In this document: positions 7,992 to 17,754 of the stretch, piece after piece
Numbering within the stretch: position 1 is the first letter of the stretch
Layout: each line of letters begins with the position of its first letter
DNA from: Desulfobacteraceae bacterium
GTDB lineage: Bacteria; Desulfobacterota; DSM-4660; Desulfatiglandales; HGW-15
NCBI GenBank assembly: GCA_050123415.1
Contig: JASFHE010000003.1
Coordinates: forward strand, 7,794 to 39,793
Length of the DNA stretch: 32,000 bases
Direction of reading: 5' to 3'
The notes under the pieces: generated by a model
Databases searched by the model: none
What the model was told of the DNA's origin: nothing
The model's input: only the letters and a program-made list of their open reading frames with translations
Made by a program: the position numbers and the translations under genes

Positions 7992-8848
7992 TATTTTTTA
8001 TCAAAGTAATTTTTAAGGCTGTTTTTAAGCCTTAATACAGCCTTTGTATGAAGTTGAGATACACGTGATTCCGTATACCCCATAACTTCGCCAATTTCCT
8101 TCATTGTGAGTTCTTCATAATAGTACAGTGATACGGCAGTTCGTTCATTCTTGGGAAGCCTGTCTATCGCACCGGCGATTATCTGAACAAGTTCAGTTTT
8201 TTTGAGGGACTGAAGGGGTGACTGGTCAAATCCTATTTCAAAGGCGCCTCCATCGGACTGTCCTTCACCGCTTGTGTTGTGGATCTGCATGTCATATTCA
8301 TTGAATATGCTGATCCCCCTTGATTCATCCAGGAGCCGGTAGAAGGCTTCCATTTCCATTCCAAGTTCTTCCGCAACCTCCTCATCCTGGGCCGGACGCA
8401 TTTCCCTGTTTTCAACCCTTGCGTATGCTTCGGCCAGCAGCTTCGCGTTTTTCCGGACAGAGCGGGGCACCCAGTCCATTGAACGCAGTTCGTCAATCAT
8501 GGCGCCCTTGATACGGAATTCCGCGTATGATTTGAACTCCACGCCCTTTTCGACGTCAAACTTGTCAATGGCGTCAAGGAGTCCCATAAGCCCGGCGCTG
8601 GTAAGATCATCCTGTCCTATGTGCTGGGGAAGTCTCAACGCGAGTCTCCCGGCGATTGTCTTTACCAGGGGAGCATACTTGGTAACAAGCGCTTCCCTTT
8701 CACCTGCACTGATTCCATTTGATCCGGAAGGTATCAATTGTGTATATTTTTTCAATTTTTTAGCTGCCTGAGGGGAGGGCATTCCCCTGTACCTCGCTTC
8801 TTTAAAATTTTTTGTCAACCTGTTACTATCCAAATCCCGGCCTAGCAA
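7991..8848 (-). CDS. fliA: Flagellar sigma factor sigma-28 FliA/WhiG family
   Basis: 285 aa; region 2 LVTKYAPLVKTIAGRLALRLPQHIGQDDLTSAGLMGLLDAIDKFD, VEFKSYAEFRIKGAMIDELRSMDWVPRSVR, region 4 LPKNERTAVSLYYYEELTMKEIGEVMGYTESRVSQLHTKAVLRLK. Confidence 0.96.
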   Translation of the reverse strand: MLGRDLDSNRLTKNFKEARYRGMPSPQAAKKLKKYTQLIPSGSNGISAGEREALVTKYAPLVKTIAGRLALRLPQHIGQDDLTSAGLMGLLDAIDKFDVEKGVEFKSYAEFRIKGAMIDELRSMDWVPRSVRKNAKLLAEAYARVENREMRPAQDEEVAEELGMEMEAFYRLLDESRGISIFNEYDMQIHNTSGEGQSDGGAFEIGFDQSPLQSLKKTELVQIIAGAIDRLPKNERTAVSLYYYEELTMKEIGEVMGYTESRVSQLHTKAVLRLKNSLKNYFDKK

Positions 8849-9747
8849 TTTAATAACCTTCGCCAGAAAAACTTTATATCACCTTCAAAATTAATATCAT
8901 CTTCTTTAACAAGAATCTTTTCAGCCAGAGCCATAATACTTTTGGAAGCCAGCGCATTCGGATGTGTATTGATCAACGGCTTCTGCCTTCTTATGGCCTT
9001 TGGAAGCATTTTATCATAGGGTATCCACCCGAGATAATCCAGTGAGGGAGATTGAAGATACTTATCTACTGCAACGCTCAGGCTTCGGAATATTCTATCC
9101 GCCTCATTGCCGTCATGAACAAGATTGATAAGGACCTTGAATCTCTTCTGGTTGTAAGTATTCGTAAGTACTTTTATCAGCGCGTAAGCATCCGTAAGAG
9201 AAGTGGGTTCATTTGTAAGAACTACCAGCCTCTCCATTGCCGCGAAATTAAAATACATTACGTTTGATGATATTCCGGCGCTTGTATCAATCAGAATTAT
9301 ATCAAATTCCTCATGAATGGCATCCAGCTCATTAAGCAGAAAACGTCTCTGGTTATCGTCGAGTTCAGTCAGTTCCTGCATCCCTGAAGCCGCGGGAAGG
9401 AGCTTGAATCCTGCCGGGGTATCAACGATAACGTCCTCAAGACTTTTTTCTCCGCTTAAGACATTGCTGATCGTATACCTCGGGTTTATCCCGAGCATTA
9501 TATCCATATTGGCGAGGCCAAGGTCTGCGTCGAGTATGAGGACCTTTTTGTTAAATTTCTGAAATGCCACAGCAAGATTTGCTGTTATACTTGTTTTGCC
9601 AACGCCGCCCTTTCCGCTGGTGACTGAAATAACTCTTATTGGCGTACTTTGAATACGGTTTTTTACAACTGTCTCCGAGGGTCCAGCAGTTTCCATATTT
9701 ACCATTCTCCTAAGCCCGGCAGCTTGATCCATTATATTTTCCCTCAT
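8842..9747 (-). CDS. flhG: MinD-like ATPase FlhG (FleN/YlxH)
   Basis: 301 aa; VTSGKGGVGKTSITANLAVAFQKFNKKVLILDADLGLANMDIMLGI; immediately downstream of flhF. Confidence 0.94.
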   Translation of the reverse strand: MRENIMDQAAGLRRMVNMETAGPSETVVKNRIQSTPIRVISVTSGKGGVGKTSITANLAVAFQKFNKKVLILDADLGLANMDIMLGINPRYTISNVLSGEKSLEDVIVDTPAGFKLLPAASGMQELTELDDNQRRFLLNELDAIHEEFDIILIDTSAGISSNVMYFNFAAMERLVVLTNEPTSLTDAYALIKVLTNTYNQKRFKVLINLVHDGNEADRIFRSLSVAVDKYLQSPSLDYLGWIPYDKMLPKAIRRQKPLINTHPNALASKSIMALAEKILVKEDDINFEGDIKFFWRRLLNC

Positions 9748-10822
9748 TTAATCCGATATCTGATTCTTCTCTTATTCCTGACAGCAGGAAAGAGGCCAGC
9801 TTTTTCTTTGAAGCAGTCTCTATATCCTCAGGGACCTGTTGCCCTGTGGTAAAGTATGAGACCGGTTTTTCTTTTGTTATCAGGAAATTTATCATGGGTG
9901 ATAAATCTTCCGTTTCATCGATTTTTGAAAAAATATAACTGTGGAACGGCAGATTCTCAAACCTGTCAGACGTGTTTATCATATTCCAGTATTGGGTTGT
10001 AGCGCTCATTACAAGAAAGCCGTGTACACTGTCATGGTCCTTAAAGAGTTTGAGGAGATCATTGCTCCCCTGGTCCCCGTTCGGACTTCGACCCGCAGTA
10101 TCAATAAAGATCCTGTCATAATCATTATATTTTCTTATAGCCTTCTGGAGGTCTTTCCCGCTTACCGCGACCTCCACAGGGAGTCCCATTATCCTGGCAT
10201 AGGCCTCCAGTTGCGCTGCCGCTGCAATCCGAAAGGTATCCAGAGTGATCAACACGGACTTCATGCCGTTCTCCAGGGCGCTCTGGGCAGCCAGTTTTGC
10301 AAGGGTTGTTGTTTTTCCGACCCCTGTGGGCCCGATAAACGTGTATATCCTTTTTCCCTTTGAAACATCCCTGCCGGTACTTACCTTTATTTTTGTCAGA
10401 ACCTTCATTAAAGAGTCCTGAAGCAGGTGTGACCTGTTCTGATTTTTATTCGGAACATCAGGGCGGTTTTCGGACATTAATTTTCTAATAAGGTTCTGGT
10501 TGAGCCCGAATGTCTTAAGATGGGTATATCTTTCCCTGAGATCCTGATCATAATAGAGTTCCGGATCAAGGACCCTGCATGCGTCGGAAAAGAGGAGAGC
10601 TTCCTTTATCTCTCTCAGTTCCCTTCCCATTTCCTTTATTTCGGTATTTACATCCATTCCATGTTTTACAGGCTGCGCATCATAGTCAACCGCCGCGGTC
10701 ACTTCAATACCTTGTCCGGGTATGGTCTTTGTTCTCAGGATTACGGCTTCTTCACCCATCTCCTTTTTAACTGTTTTTATTGCTTCACTGGAGTTACGGG
10801 CTATGAATTTTCTTATGTTCAT
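9710..10822 (-). CDS. flhF: Flagellar biosynthesis SRP-like GTPase FlhF
   Basis: 370 aa; MNIRKFIARNSSEAIKTVKKEMGEEAVILRTKTI; P-loop FIGPTGVGKTTTLAKLAA; DTFRIAAAAQLEAYARIMGLPV; IDTAGRSPNGDQ; FSKIDETEDLSPMINFL. Confidence 0.96.
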   Translation of the reverse strand: MNIRKFIARNSSEAIKTVKKEMGEEAVILRTKTIPGQGIEVTAAVDYDAQPVKHGMDVNTEIKEMGRELREIKEALLFSDACRVLDPELYYDQDLRERYTHLKTFGLNQNLIRKLMSENRPDVPNKNQNRSHLLQDSLMKVLTKIKVSTGRDVSKGKRIYTFIGPTGVGKTTTLAKLAAQSALENGMKSVLITLDTFRIAAAAQLEAYARIMGLPVEVAVSGKDLQKAIRKYNDYDRIFIDTAGRSPNGDQGSNDLLKLFKDHDSVHGFLVMSATTQYWNMINTSDRFENLPFHSYIFSKIDETEDLSPMINFLITKEKPVSYFTTGQQVPEDIETASKKKLASFLLSGIREESDIGLNEGKYNGSSCRA

Positions 10823-10826
10823 ATAT

Positions 10827-12902
10827 CTAACCTATCTCTCCCAGGGACTGAACCTGCAGACCTCCGGGTATTTCATTATGTGAAAAAACAGCAACGTTTA
10901 TCTGGAAGCTGTCACACAATTTTTTCAAATGTCTTCTTACAGTGGTTGAACATAAAATAACAGGCTGTTCAATCTTGGCGGCAACATCATCCAGTGATTT
11001 TTTAACGTGATGGATTATTTTATTTGCCTCGCTTGGTCCAAGGGCAAGGTATGCCCCGAAATCCGTCTGGTTGATTCCCTTTGAGAGCAGTTCTTCAATA
11101 GACGGTTTGATATTAAGGACCTTTAATGTCTTTTTATTCTCGAGGTACGGCTTTGTAATCGTGCGTGAAAGTCTCTGTCTTACATATTCGGTCAGGATAT
11201 CAGTATCCTTGGTCAATGGCGCATAATCTGCCAGGGTTTCGATTACAGTAAGGATATCCCTTATGGATACCTGTTCGCGGACAAGGTTCTGAAGCACCTT
11301 CTGGATTGCTCCAAGATTTAACAGGCCCGGCATCAGTTCTTCCACCACCTTCGGATCGGTTTTGGATACATTATCCAGGAGACTCTGTACTTCCTGTCTT
11401 CCGAGGAACTCATATCCATGCTGCCTTACCACTTCAGAGAGGTGGGTTGTTATTACGCTGGCAGGCTCAACAACCGTGTATTCCGCAAGCTGTGCCTCGG
11501 ATTTCTTTTCGGGATCAATCCAGACCGCGGGAAGTCCGAATGCCGGATCCCTGGTCTGTATCCCTTCAAGTTTCATCTTCGCGTCTCCCGGATCAATGGC
11601 AAGGAGATGATCTGCCATTATTTCTCCCTTGGCTACCTCATTGCCCTTGATGCAGAAGGCATACTCACTCGGTTTCAGCTCAAGATTGTCTCTTATATGA
11701 ATTGATGGAATTACCATTCCCATGTCCACTGCAAACTGTTTTCTTAAGGCGCGTATGCGATCGAGCAGATTGCCCTGTGTTTTATCATCTACAATGGTTA
11801 TAAGCCCATACCCGATTTCCATCTCAAGACTGTCTAACGGGAGAAGCTGCTGGATATCTTCAGGGCTCTGTGCTTCCGCTTCTTCTTCAGGAGTTTCCAC
11901 GGCTTCAATCTGTTCTTCACCTTTTTTGGATTTGAGGGTCCTTGAAATAAAGAAGATAATGCCGGAAAGCAGGGCAAAGGGAATTAAAGGCATGCCGGGT
12001 GCAAAACCGAAAAGCAGGACTATAAATGACGCGATTGCCAGGGCCCTTGGCTGGAATCCTATCTGACTTGCCACTTCGGAACCAATATTCTGCCCCTCGG
12101 ATGAGGCCCTGCTGACGAGAATACCCGCACCGGTCGATATTATGAGGGCAGGGATCTGTGAGACCAGACCGTCACCTATTGTAAGCAGTGTATAATTTTC
12201 TATTGCTTTGGCCAGGGTAAGGTCCTTCTGAAGGACGCCTATTACAAGACCGCCGATTATATTGATAAGAGTTATGATAATTCCTGCGATCGCATCACCG
12301 CGAACAAATTTGCTTGCACCGTCCATGGCGCCATAGAATTCGGCTTCCCTTGATATTGCCGACCGTCTGCTCCTTGCTTCGGCTTCATCAATCAGGCCCG
12401 CATTTAAATCGGCATCAATGGCCATCTGTTTTCCGGGCATGGCATCGAGGGTAAAACGGGCCGCTACTTCTGCGATCCTTCCCGAACCTTTGGTTATGAC
12501 GACAAAGTTGATAACGACAAGTATGACAAACACAACAAGGCCGACAGTGGGGTTCCCGCCGACTACGAATGATCCGAAGCTGTTAATGACTTCTCCTGCC
12601 GCGTTTGCCCCGGTGTGCCCCTCAAGGAGAATAAGACGGGTTGAAGCGATATTGAGCGACAGCCTGAACAGGGTTGTAATCAGCAGAAGAGACGGGAAAA
12701 CTGAAAAATCCAGTGGTCTGGATGCGTATATTGTTACAAGGATAATAAGAACCGCAAGAGTAATATTAAATGCCAGAAAAAGATCAAGCACCATTGTCGG
12801 AAGAGGGATGATCATAATCATGAGTATCCCCATGATCCCTATTGCTACACCGATATCTAGGTTGGCAAATAATGAGAACTTATTTTTTTCTGCTGCTTCC
12901 AT
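10827..12902 (-). CDS. flhA: Flagellar type III export apparatus protein FlhA
   Basis: 691 aa; FHIPEP family: VFVILVVINFVVITKGSGRIAEVAARFTLDAMPGKQMAIDADLNAGLIDEAEARSRR. Confidence 0.98.
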   Translation of the reverse strand: MEAAEKNKFSLFANLDIGVAIGIMGILMIMIIPLPTMVLDLFLAFNITLAVLIILVTIYASRPLDFSVFPSLLLITTLFRLSLNIASTRLILLEGHTGANAAGEVINSFGSFVVGGNPTVGLVVFVILVVINFVVITKGSGRIAEVAARFTLDAMPGKQMAIDADLNAGLIDEAEARSRRSAISREAEFYGAMDGASKFVRGDAIAGIIITLINIIGGLVIGVLQKDLTLAKAIENYTLLTIGDGLVSQIPALIISTGAGILVSRASSEGQNIGSEVASQIGFQPRALAIASFIVLLFGFAPGMPLIPFALLSGIIFFISRTLKSKKGEEQIEAVETPEEEAEAQSPEDIQQLLPLDSLEMEIGYGLITIVDDKTQGNLLDRIRALRKQFAVDMGMVIPSIHIRDNLELKPSEYAFCIKGNEVAKGEIMADHLLAIDPGDAKMKLEGIQTRDPAFGLPAVWIDPEKKSEAQLAEYTVVEPASVITTHLSEVVRQHGYEFLGRQEVQSLLDNVSKTDPKVVEELMPGLLNLGAIQKVLQNLVREQVSIRDILTVIETLADYAPLTKDTDILTEYVRQRLSRTITKPYLENKKTLKVLNIKPSIEELLSKGINQTDFGAYLALGPSEANKIIHHVKKSLDDVAAKIEQPVILCSTTVRRHLKKLCDSFQINVAVFSHNEIPGGLQVQSLGEIG

Positions 12903-13005
12903 AAATAATCCTTAGTAAATTAATTTCTCTTAAAAATAACCTGTTAATCTAAATTAAAATAAAATTATAAAAGATTAAATAAATTATCTTTCAAATGTCC
13001 AGTGA

Positions 13006-14079
13006 TCAACCTGCTGTTCTTCCTTTTTTCAATCCATAGACGTAAGCGAGAATTTCAGCTACGGCCTGGTAAAATTGCGGAGGTATTTCAGTACCTAGCT
13101 CTAATTTATACAAGTTCTGTGCCAAGGGTTTGTTTTCCATCATGGGTATATTATGCTTTACGGCGATTTCTCTGATCCTGAACGCGATATTGTTTGCACC
13201 TTTGGCTACTATTACCGGTGCCTTCATATCTTCATCCGGTTTATATTTAAGGGCAATTGAAAGGTGGGTCGGGTTGGTAATAATTACGTCCGCCTTGGGG
13301 ACCTCTTCCATCATCCTGCGCCTTGCCATCTCCCTCTGAATAGACCTTATACGTGATTTTACCATTGGATCGCCTTCAGACTGCCTGAATTCATCCTTTA
13401 CTTCCTGTTTTGTCATCTTGAGTTTCTGCGCATGTTCCCATTTTTGATACATGAAATCCAGGATAGCCATTATCATGATGACGCAACAGCATCTTACGAG
13501 AACTTTAAAGGACAGTTCTCCAAGGAGCGCAAATATCCGGGCGTTTTCCTGGTATAATAACGGTATCATCTGGGAAATTTCGTCTTTCAGGGCATAGTAT
13601 GCCACACCGCCTACAATAGCGATTTTTAGTATGGATTTTGCGAGTTCAACCAGGGATTTCTTGGAAAATACCCTTTCCAGCCCCTTTATTGGGTCTATTT
13701 TTGACGCCTTTGGTGTCAAGGGTTCGACACTGAAAATGATACCTGTCTGGAGTAAATTGGTTAATATTGACACTATCAGCAGTATGATCAGAATAGGAGC
13801 AATTAGAAGGAGAAAATCGGTCATTACTCCTGAGATGAGGGCAGGCGCGAAGTCCATTGTTGAAGCAATATCGGGAATCTGTAAAAAGGTTTTTCTGATA
13901 TTATTCCCCAGGCTCATAGTCATGTCCTTAGCGTTAAAAAACATATAGACTATTCCGGCAGTCAGGATCGCGGTTGAAGACAGTTCCCTGCTCTTTGCGA
14001 CATCACCTTTTTTTCGCGCGTCCTCCTTTTTTTTCGGGGACGCCGGTTCGGTTTTATCCTGGAAACTGTCTTCTGCCAT
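13006..14079 (-). CDS. flhB: Flagellar export switch protein FlhB
   Basis: 357 aa; KTEPASPKKKEDARKKGDVAKSRELS; NPTH autocleavage site (VIITNPTHLSIALKY); EIPPQFYQAVAEILAYVY. Confidence 0.97.
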   Translation of the reverse strand: MAEDSFQDKTEPASPKKKEDARKKGDVAKSRELSSTAILTAGIVYMFFNAKDMTMSLGNNIRKTFLQIPDIASTMDFAPALISGVMTDFLLLIAPILIILLIVSILTNLLQTGIIFSVEPLTPKASKIDPIKGLERVFSKKSLVELAKSILKIAIVGGVAYYALKDEISQMIPLLYQENARIFALLGELSFKVLVRCCCVIMIMAILDFMYQKWEHAQKLKMTKQEVKDEFRQSEGDPMVKSRIRSIQREMARRRMMEEVPKADVIITNPTHLSIALKYKPDEDMKAPVIVAKGANNIAFRIREIAVKHNIPMMENKPLAQNLYKLELGTEIPPQFYQAVAEILAYVYGLKKGRTAG

Positions 14080-14086
14080 AAATTAC

Positions 14087-14860
14087 CTACATTAAACCAA
14101 GTAATCTCATCAGGGTTTCACCCATTTTATTTTTAAGATCAAAAATAAGCGGATATATGTTCATAAGAATAAAACAGAATAGTGTAAGACCAATACAAAG
14201 GTTGATCGGGAAACCGACCATGAGTATATTTACCTGCGGCACTGTCCTCGCAATGATGCCAAGGCAAAGGTTTGAGAGAAAAAGCGCGACCATAACCGGG
14301 GCCGCGATCTTGACTCCCAGTATAAACATGTTTGCTCCCGCCTTTATCAGTTCCGTACCGATGGCAGCATGAAAGCTGAGACTGTTCGGTGGAACGGAGT
14401 AAAATGAACTGGCCATAATTCTTATGAACATGTGATGCCCGTTCATTGAAAAGAAAAGGAGTAAGGTAAAGATATAGAGAAACTGTGTAAGCACGGTGCT
14501 CGATGTGCCTGTCTGGGGATCTACCGCGCGGGCCATTGAAAATCCCATCTGAAAACTCATGAACTGCCCGCCCATTTCACTTGCCGCGAGGAACAATCTC
14601 ACCGTTACTGCCAGTATGGAACCCATAAGGACTTCGGATAAAATTCCTACAATTATTTCGGGCGCCGATACAGGAAGATTGGCAGGTATTGGAACAACCG
14701 GTGTAAGGACAATGGCTATAACAAAGGAGAGTCCCGCTTTCCATAATGAAGGGATATTCCTTGCGCCGAAAAGAGGGAGTAAAAAGAACAGAGTGCTGAC
14801 CCGGACAAGTATCCAGAAAAAGCCCTGCATCTGTTCGAATGTTTCAAGTGGAAATGACAT
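14087..14860 (-). CDS. fliR: Flagellar export protein FliR
   Basis: 257 aa multi-TM; SEVLMGSILAVTVRLFLAASEMGGQFMSFQMGFSMARAVDPQTG; MVGFPINLCIGLTLF. Confidence 0.95.
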   Translation of the reverse strand: MSFPLETFEQMQGFFWILVRVSTLFFLLPLFGARNIPSLWKAGLSFVIAIVLTPVVPIPANLPVSAPEIIVGILSEVLMGSILAVTVRLFLAASEMGGQFMSFQMGFSMARAVDPQTGTSSTVLTQFLYIFTLLLFFSMNGHHMFIRIMASSFYSVPPNSLSFHAAIGTELIKAGANMFILGVKIAAPVMVALFLSNLCLGIIARTVPQVNILMVGFPINLCIGLTLFCFILMNIYPLIFDLKNKMGETLMRLLGLM

Positions 14861-14867
14861 CCTGTTT

Positions 14868-15137
14868 TTACCTGATAATTGTGGGTATGCTCTGTATCAG
14901 GTTACTGGTAAAATAAGCTACTTTTTGAATTATCCAGGGTGAAGCCGCCAGCAGGGTAAGTAATACAGCGACTATCTTTGGTACAAATGAGAGGGTCATC
15001 TCCTGTACCTGTGTTGTCGCCTGTAGTACGGCAACAAGTAATCCCACAATAAGGCCTACTCCCAGGAGGGGGAGAGATACCATTAAAGCAAGTTTAATTG
15101 CTTCACTCCCAAGGTTTATTACAAATTCAGGTGTCAT
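14868..15137 (-). CDS. fliQ: Flagellar export protein FliQ
   Basis: 89 aa; LLGVGLIVGLLVAVLQATTQVQEMTLSFVPKIVAVLLTLL. Confidence 0.96.
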   Translation of the reverse strand: MTPEFVINLGSEAIKLALMVSLPLLGVGLIVGLLVAVLQATTQVQEMTLSFVPKIVAVLLTLLAASPWIIQKVAYFTSNLIQSIPTIIR

Positions 15138-15147
15138 AGTGCTATCC

Positions 15148-15951
15148 TTACATAAAACTTTTAATCATGGATCCAATCAGGATATTCCATCCGTCAATCA
15201 GGACAAAGAGCATCAATTTAAAGGGCAGTGATACCATAAACGGGGGAAGCATCATCATACCCATTGACAGCAGGACGCTTGCAACAACCATATCAATAAC
15301 AAGAAAGGGAATATATATTACGAAACCTATCTGGAATGCTGTCTTGAGCTCACTGATTACAAAAGAAGACAGCAGGACAATAGTCGGTATTTCGTCGTAA
15401 TTGTTAGGCTTATCCAGTTTGGCAATATCAATAAAAAGGCCAAGGTCTTTTTTCCTTGTCTGCTTGAGCATGAAGGCCCTTATGGGTTTGAGGGCTTTAT
15501 CCAGCGCCTCCTTCTGAGTAATCTCCTCCGCGAGATAGGGCTGAAGAGCTTCATTGTTTATCTGGTTAAATACAGGGGTCATTAAAAAAAATGTAAGCAG
15601 CAGGGCCAGTCCTACAATTATCTGGTTCGGGGGCATCTGCTGTGTCCCGAGCGCGTGCCGGACAAGTGACAGGACTATTGCAAACCTGGTAAACGAAGTC
15701 ATCATTACGATAATCGCCGGAGCAAGAGATAAAACAGTAAGGAGAAAGAGGACCTGGAGAAGTGTGGATACTTTTTCGGGGCTGTCCGCCTGTTCAACAC
15801 CAAGTGTCAGGCTCGGAAGAGCAGGGGTTTGCGCCGTGGCTGTTGAAGAAAGTACAAAGAGTCCAAACCCCAGTATTATTGAGATTATCGTAAGATATTT
15901 TATTTTTCTATTCATTGTTTTTGCTGCTGCCATCAGGCGCTTTATGTCCAA
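15148..15951 (-). CDS. fliP: Flagellar export protein FliP
   Basis: 267 aa; FTRFAIVLSLVRHALGTQQMPPNQIIVGLALLLTFFLMTPVF; LLSSFVISELKTAFQIGFVIYIPFLVIDMVVASVLLSMGMMMLPP. The start may be the internal MNRKIKY. Confidence 0.97.
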   Translation of the reverse strand: MDIKRLMAAAKTMNRKIKYLTIISIILGFGLFVLSSTATAQTPALPSLTLGVEQADSPEKVSTLLQVLFLLTVLSLAPAIIVMMTSFTRFAIVLSLVRHALGTQQMPPNQIIVGLALLLTFFLMTPVFNQINNEALQPYLAEEITQKEALDKALKPIRAFMLKQTRKKDLGLFIDIAKLDKPNNYDEIPTIVLLSSFVISELKTAFQIGFVIYIPFLVIDMVVASVLLSMGMMMLPPFMVSLPFKLMLFVLIDGWNILIGSMIKSFM

Positions 15952-16291
15952 GTCCTGCCTTTAAAAGAAAGGAATCAAATATGTTTCTTTCCCGGGGAGG
16001 ATTGCTTTCAAACTGACCGTCATCGGACGGCTTGTCGATCTGTGATATAAGGGAGATATTTTCAGTTCCTACACCGACCAGAAGCCATTGATCACAAATC
16101 TCAATAAGCGCCAGTGACCTTTTGGGGCCAAGTGAGAGAGTGGCAAGGTTTTTCATTACAGGATATTTCCCCATAGTTAATGAGCCGCCTTTTACACGTT
16201 TGATAATAAAAAAAAACAATATCATCAGGGCAAACATTACCAGCAGGAAAATTGCCAGTTTTAATGAAAGAATATTGAAGTCAGTGTCCAA
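15908..16291 (-). CDS. fliO: Flagellar biosynthetic protein FliO-like
   Basis: 127 aa; single N-terminal TM and MGKYPVMKNLATLSLGPKRSLALIEICDQWLLVGVGTENISLI; sits between fliN and fliP. Confidence 0.88.
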   Translation of the reverse strand: MDTDFNILSLKLAIFLLVMFALMILFFFIIKRVKGGSLTMGKYPVMKNLATLSLGPKRSLALIEICDQWLLVGVGTENISLISQIDKPSDDGQFESNPPRERNIFDSFLLKAGLGHKAPDGSSKNNE

Positions 16292-16328
16292 TGGGATTCT
16301 CCGTCAATTTAAGACCTTAATAAATATA

Positions 16329-16682
16329 TCAGGTCAGGTTTTTAACTCTTTCGCCGGGGCTGATGATGTTGGTGAGTCTGATTCCGAATTTTTCATTTAC
16401 AACAACGACTTCGCCATGAGCCATAAGTTTTTTATTAACAAAAATTTCAAGCGGCTCATCCGTCAACCTGTTCAGTTCCACTACAGACCCCTGGCTCAGT
16501 TTCAGTAGATCGCCGATTTTTATTTTTGCGTTTCCCAGCTCAACTGAAATATCCAGGGGGATATCCAGCAGAAAATCCATATTTCTGTCGTTACCATCCA
16601 GTCCCATTCCGGGTTCAAGCTCTGACAAATCCATCCCTCCCGACATCATTTGAGTGTCATCCATTATATTTTCATTACTCAT
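16329..16682 (-). CDS. fliN: Flagellar motor switch protein FliN
   Basis: 117 aa; LLDIPLDISVELGNAKIKIGDLLKLSQGSVVELNRLTDEPLEIFVNKKLMAHGEVVVVNEKFGIRLTNII. Confidence 0.97.
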   Translation of the reverse strand: MSNENIMDDTQMMSGGMDLSELEPGMGLDGNDRNMDFLLDIPLDISVELGNAKIKIGDLLKLSQGSVVELNRLTDEPLEIFVNKKLMAHGEVVVVNEKFGIRLTNIISPGERVKNLT

Positions 16683-16710
16683 AAATAAGACCTCTCTTTA
16701 TAGGTGTCTT

Positions 16711-17706
16711 TTAAATTTGCTCAACATAAGGTCTTTCTACCTTGAAGACCTTTTTATTTTTATACCTGCCGGCATAACCTTCGAATAGTTTTATATCCTC
16801 AACCTTTGCTATTAACGGATTCTGATAATTTTTATCAAGAATCAGTATATCCCCTTCTCTAAGGTTTAAAAAATCACCGACTGAGAGCGCTGCGTTACCG
16901 AGATCAACATTCATTGTTACTTCTGTTCCTCTCAACTGTCTTTCCATACTCTCTATCCAGTTCCTGTCCAGTTGCGTTACTTCTTCATCATCATCTCTGT
17001 AGTCGCCTGCAAGTTTGTGTCTTATAGGCTGATATGAAGCATATGGAAAACATATGATAACGTTGCCAAGCACCTTGGCAAGTTCAATTTCAAATTTTGT
17101 TGATATGAGCAGTTCTTCACCCGGGATAACATTTACAACAAGAGGATTGCTCTCGGATCTTACAAACTCCGTCTTTATGGGATGCACATCTTCCCATGCC
17201 TCTACAAGGTTATGCAGAGCCATGTGAACAACCTTGTCTATTATCCTGTTTTCGATTGAAGTAAATTCTCTTCCTTCTATCTTTGTGGCTCCGACTCCCG
17301 TTCCTCCGAAATAGGCCTCAACCAGGCTGAATACAAGCCTGCTTTCAACAACAATTATTCCCATTCCCCTTAAAGGCTCTATTTTAAAGAGGTGCATACT
17401 TGTGGGGACAGGCAGGGAACGCTGAAAATCGCTGTATTTGACAGTTTCTATAGGATCAGGGGTAACATCGAGCATCTTGCGAAGTGAATTTGAAAGACTC
17501 CCTCTTAGCTTATGGCTGAACCTGGTGTTTACTACTTCCAGAAGAGGCATATTGCCTCTGATATTCAGCCCGGCGGTAGCCCAGTCAAAGGAGTTAATAT
17601 CCAGATCCTCATCCGCTATATCTAAATCATCGCTGCTGCCGATGTCTCCCGTATCCAGGCCCTTTAACAGGGAATCAACTTCATCTTGTGATAACAGTTT
17701 GTTCAT
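16711..17706 (-). CDS. fliM: Flagellar motor switch protein FliM
   Basis: 331 aa; LLSQDEVDSLLKG N-terminal CheY-binding-like motif; YFGGTGVGATKIEGREFTSIENRIIDKVV; C-terminal SpoA-like domain. Confidence 0.97.
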   Translation of the reverse strand: MNKLLSQDEVDSLLKGLDTGDIGSSDDLDIADEDLDINSFDWATAGLNIRGNMPLLEVVNTRFSHKLRGSLSNSLRKMLDVTPDPIETVKYSDFQRSLPVPTSMHLFKIEPLRGMGIIVVESRLVFSLVEAYFGGTGVGATKIEGREFTSIENRIIDKVVHMALHNLVEAWEDVHPIKTEFVRSESNPLVVNVIPGEELLISTKFEIELAKVLGNVIICFPYASYQPIRHKLAGDYRDDDEEVTQLDRNWIESMERQLRGTEVTMNVDLGNAALSVGDFLNLREGDILILDKNYQNPLIAKVEDIKLFEGYAGRYKNKKVFKVERPYVEQI

Positions 17707-17754
17707 ATTCTAAATTACCAAAACTATATTGTTATTATTTATAAAAACAGGCTA

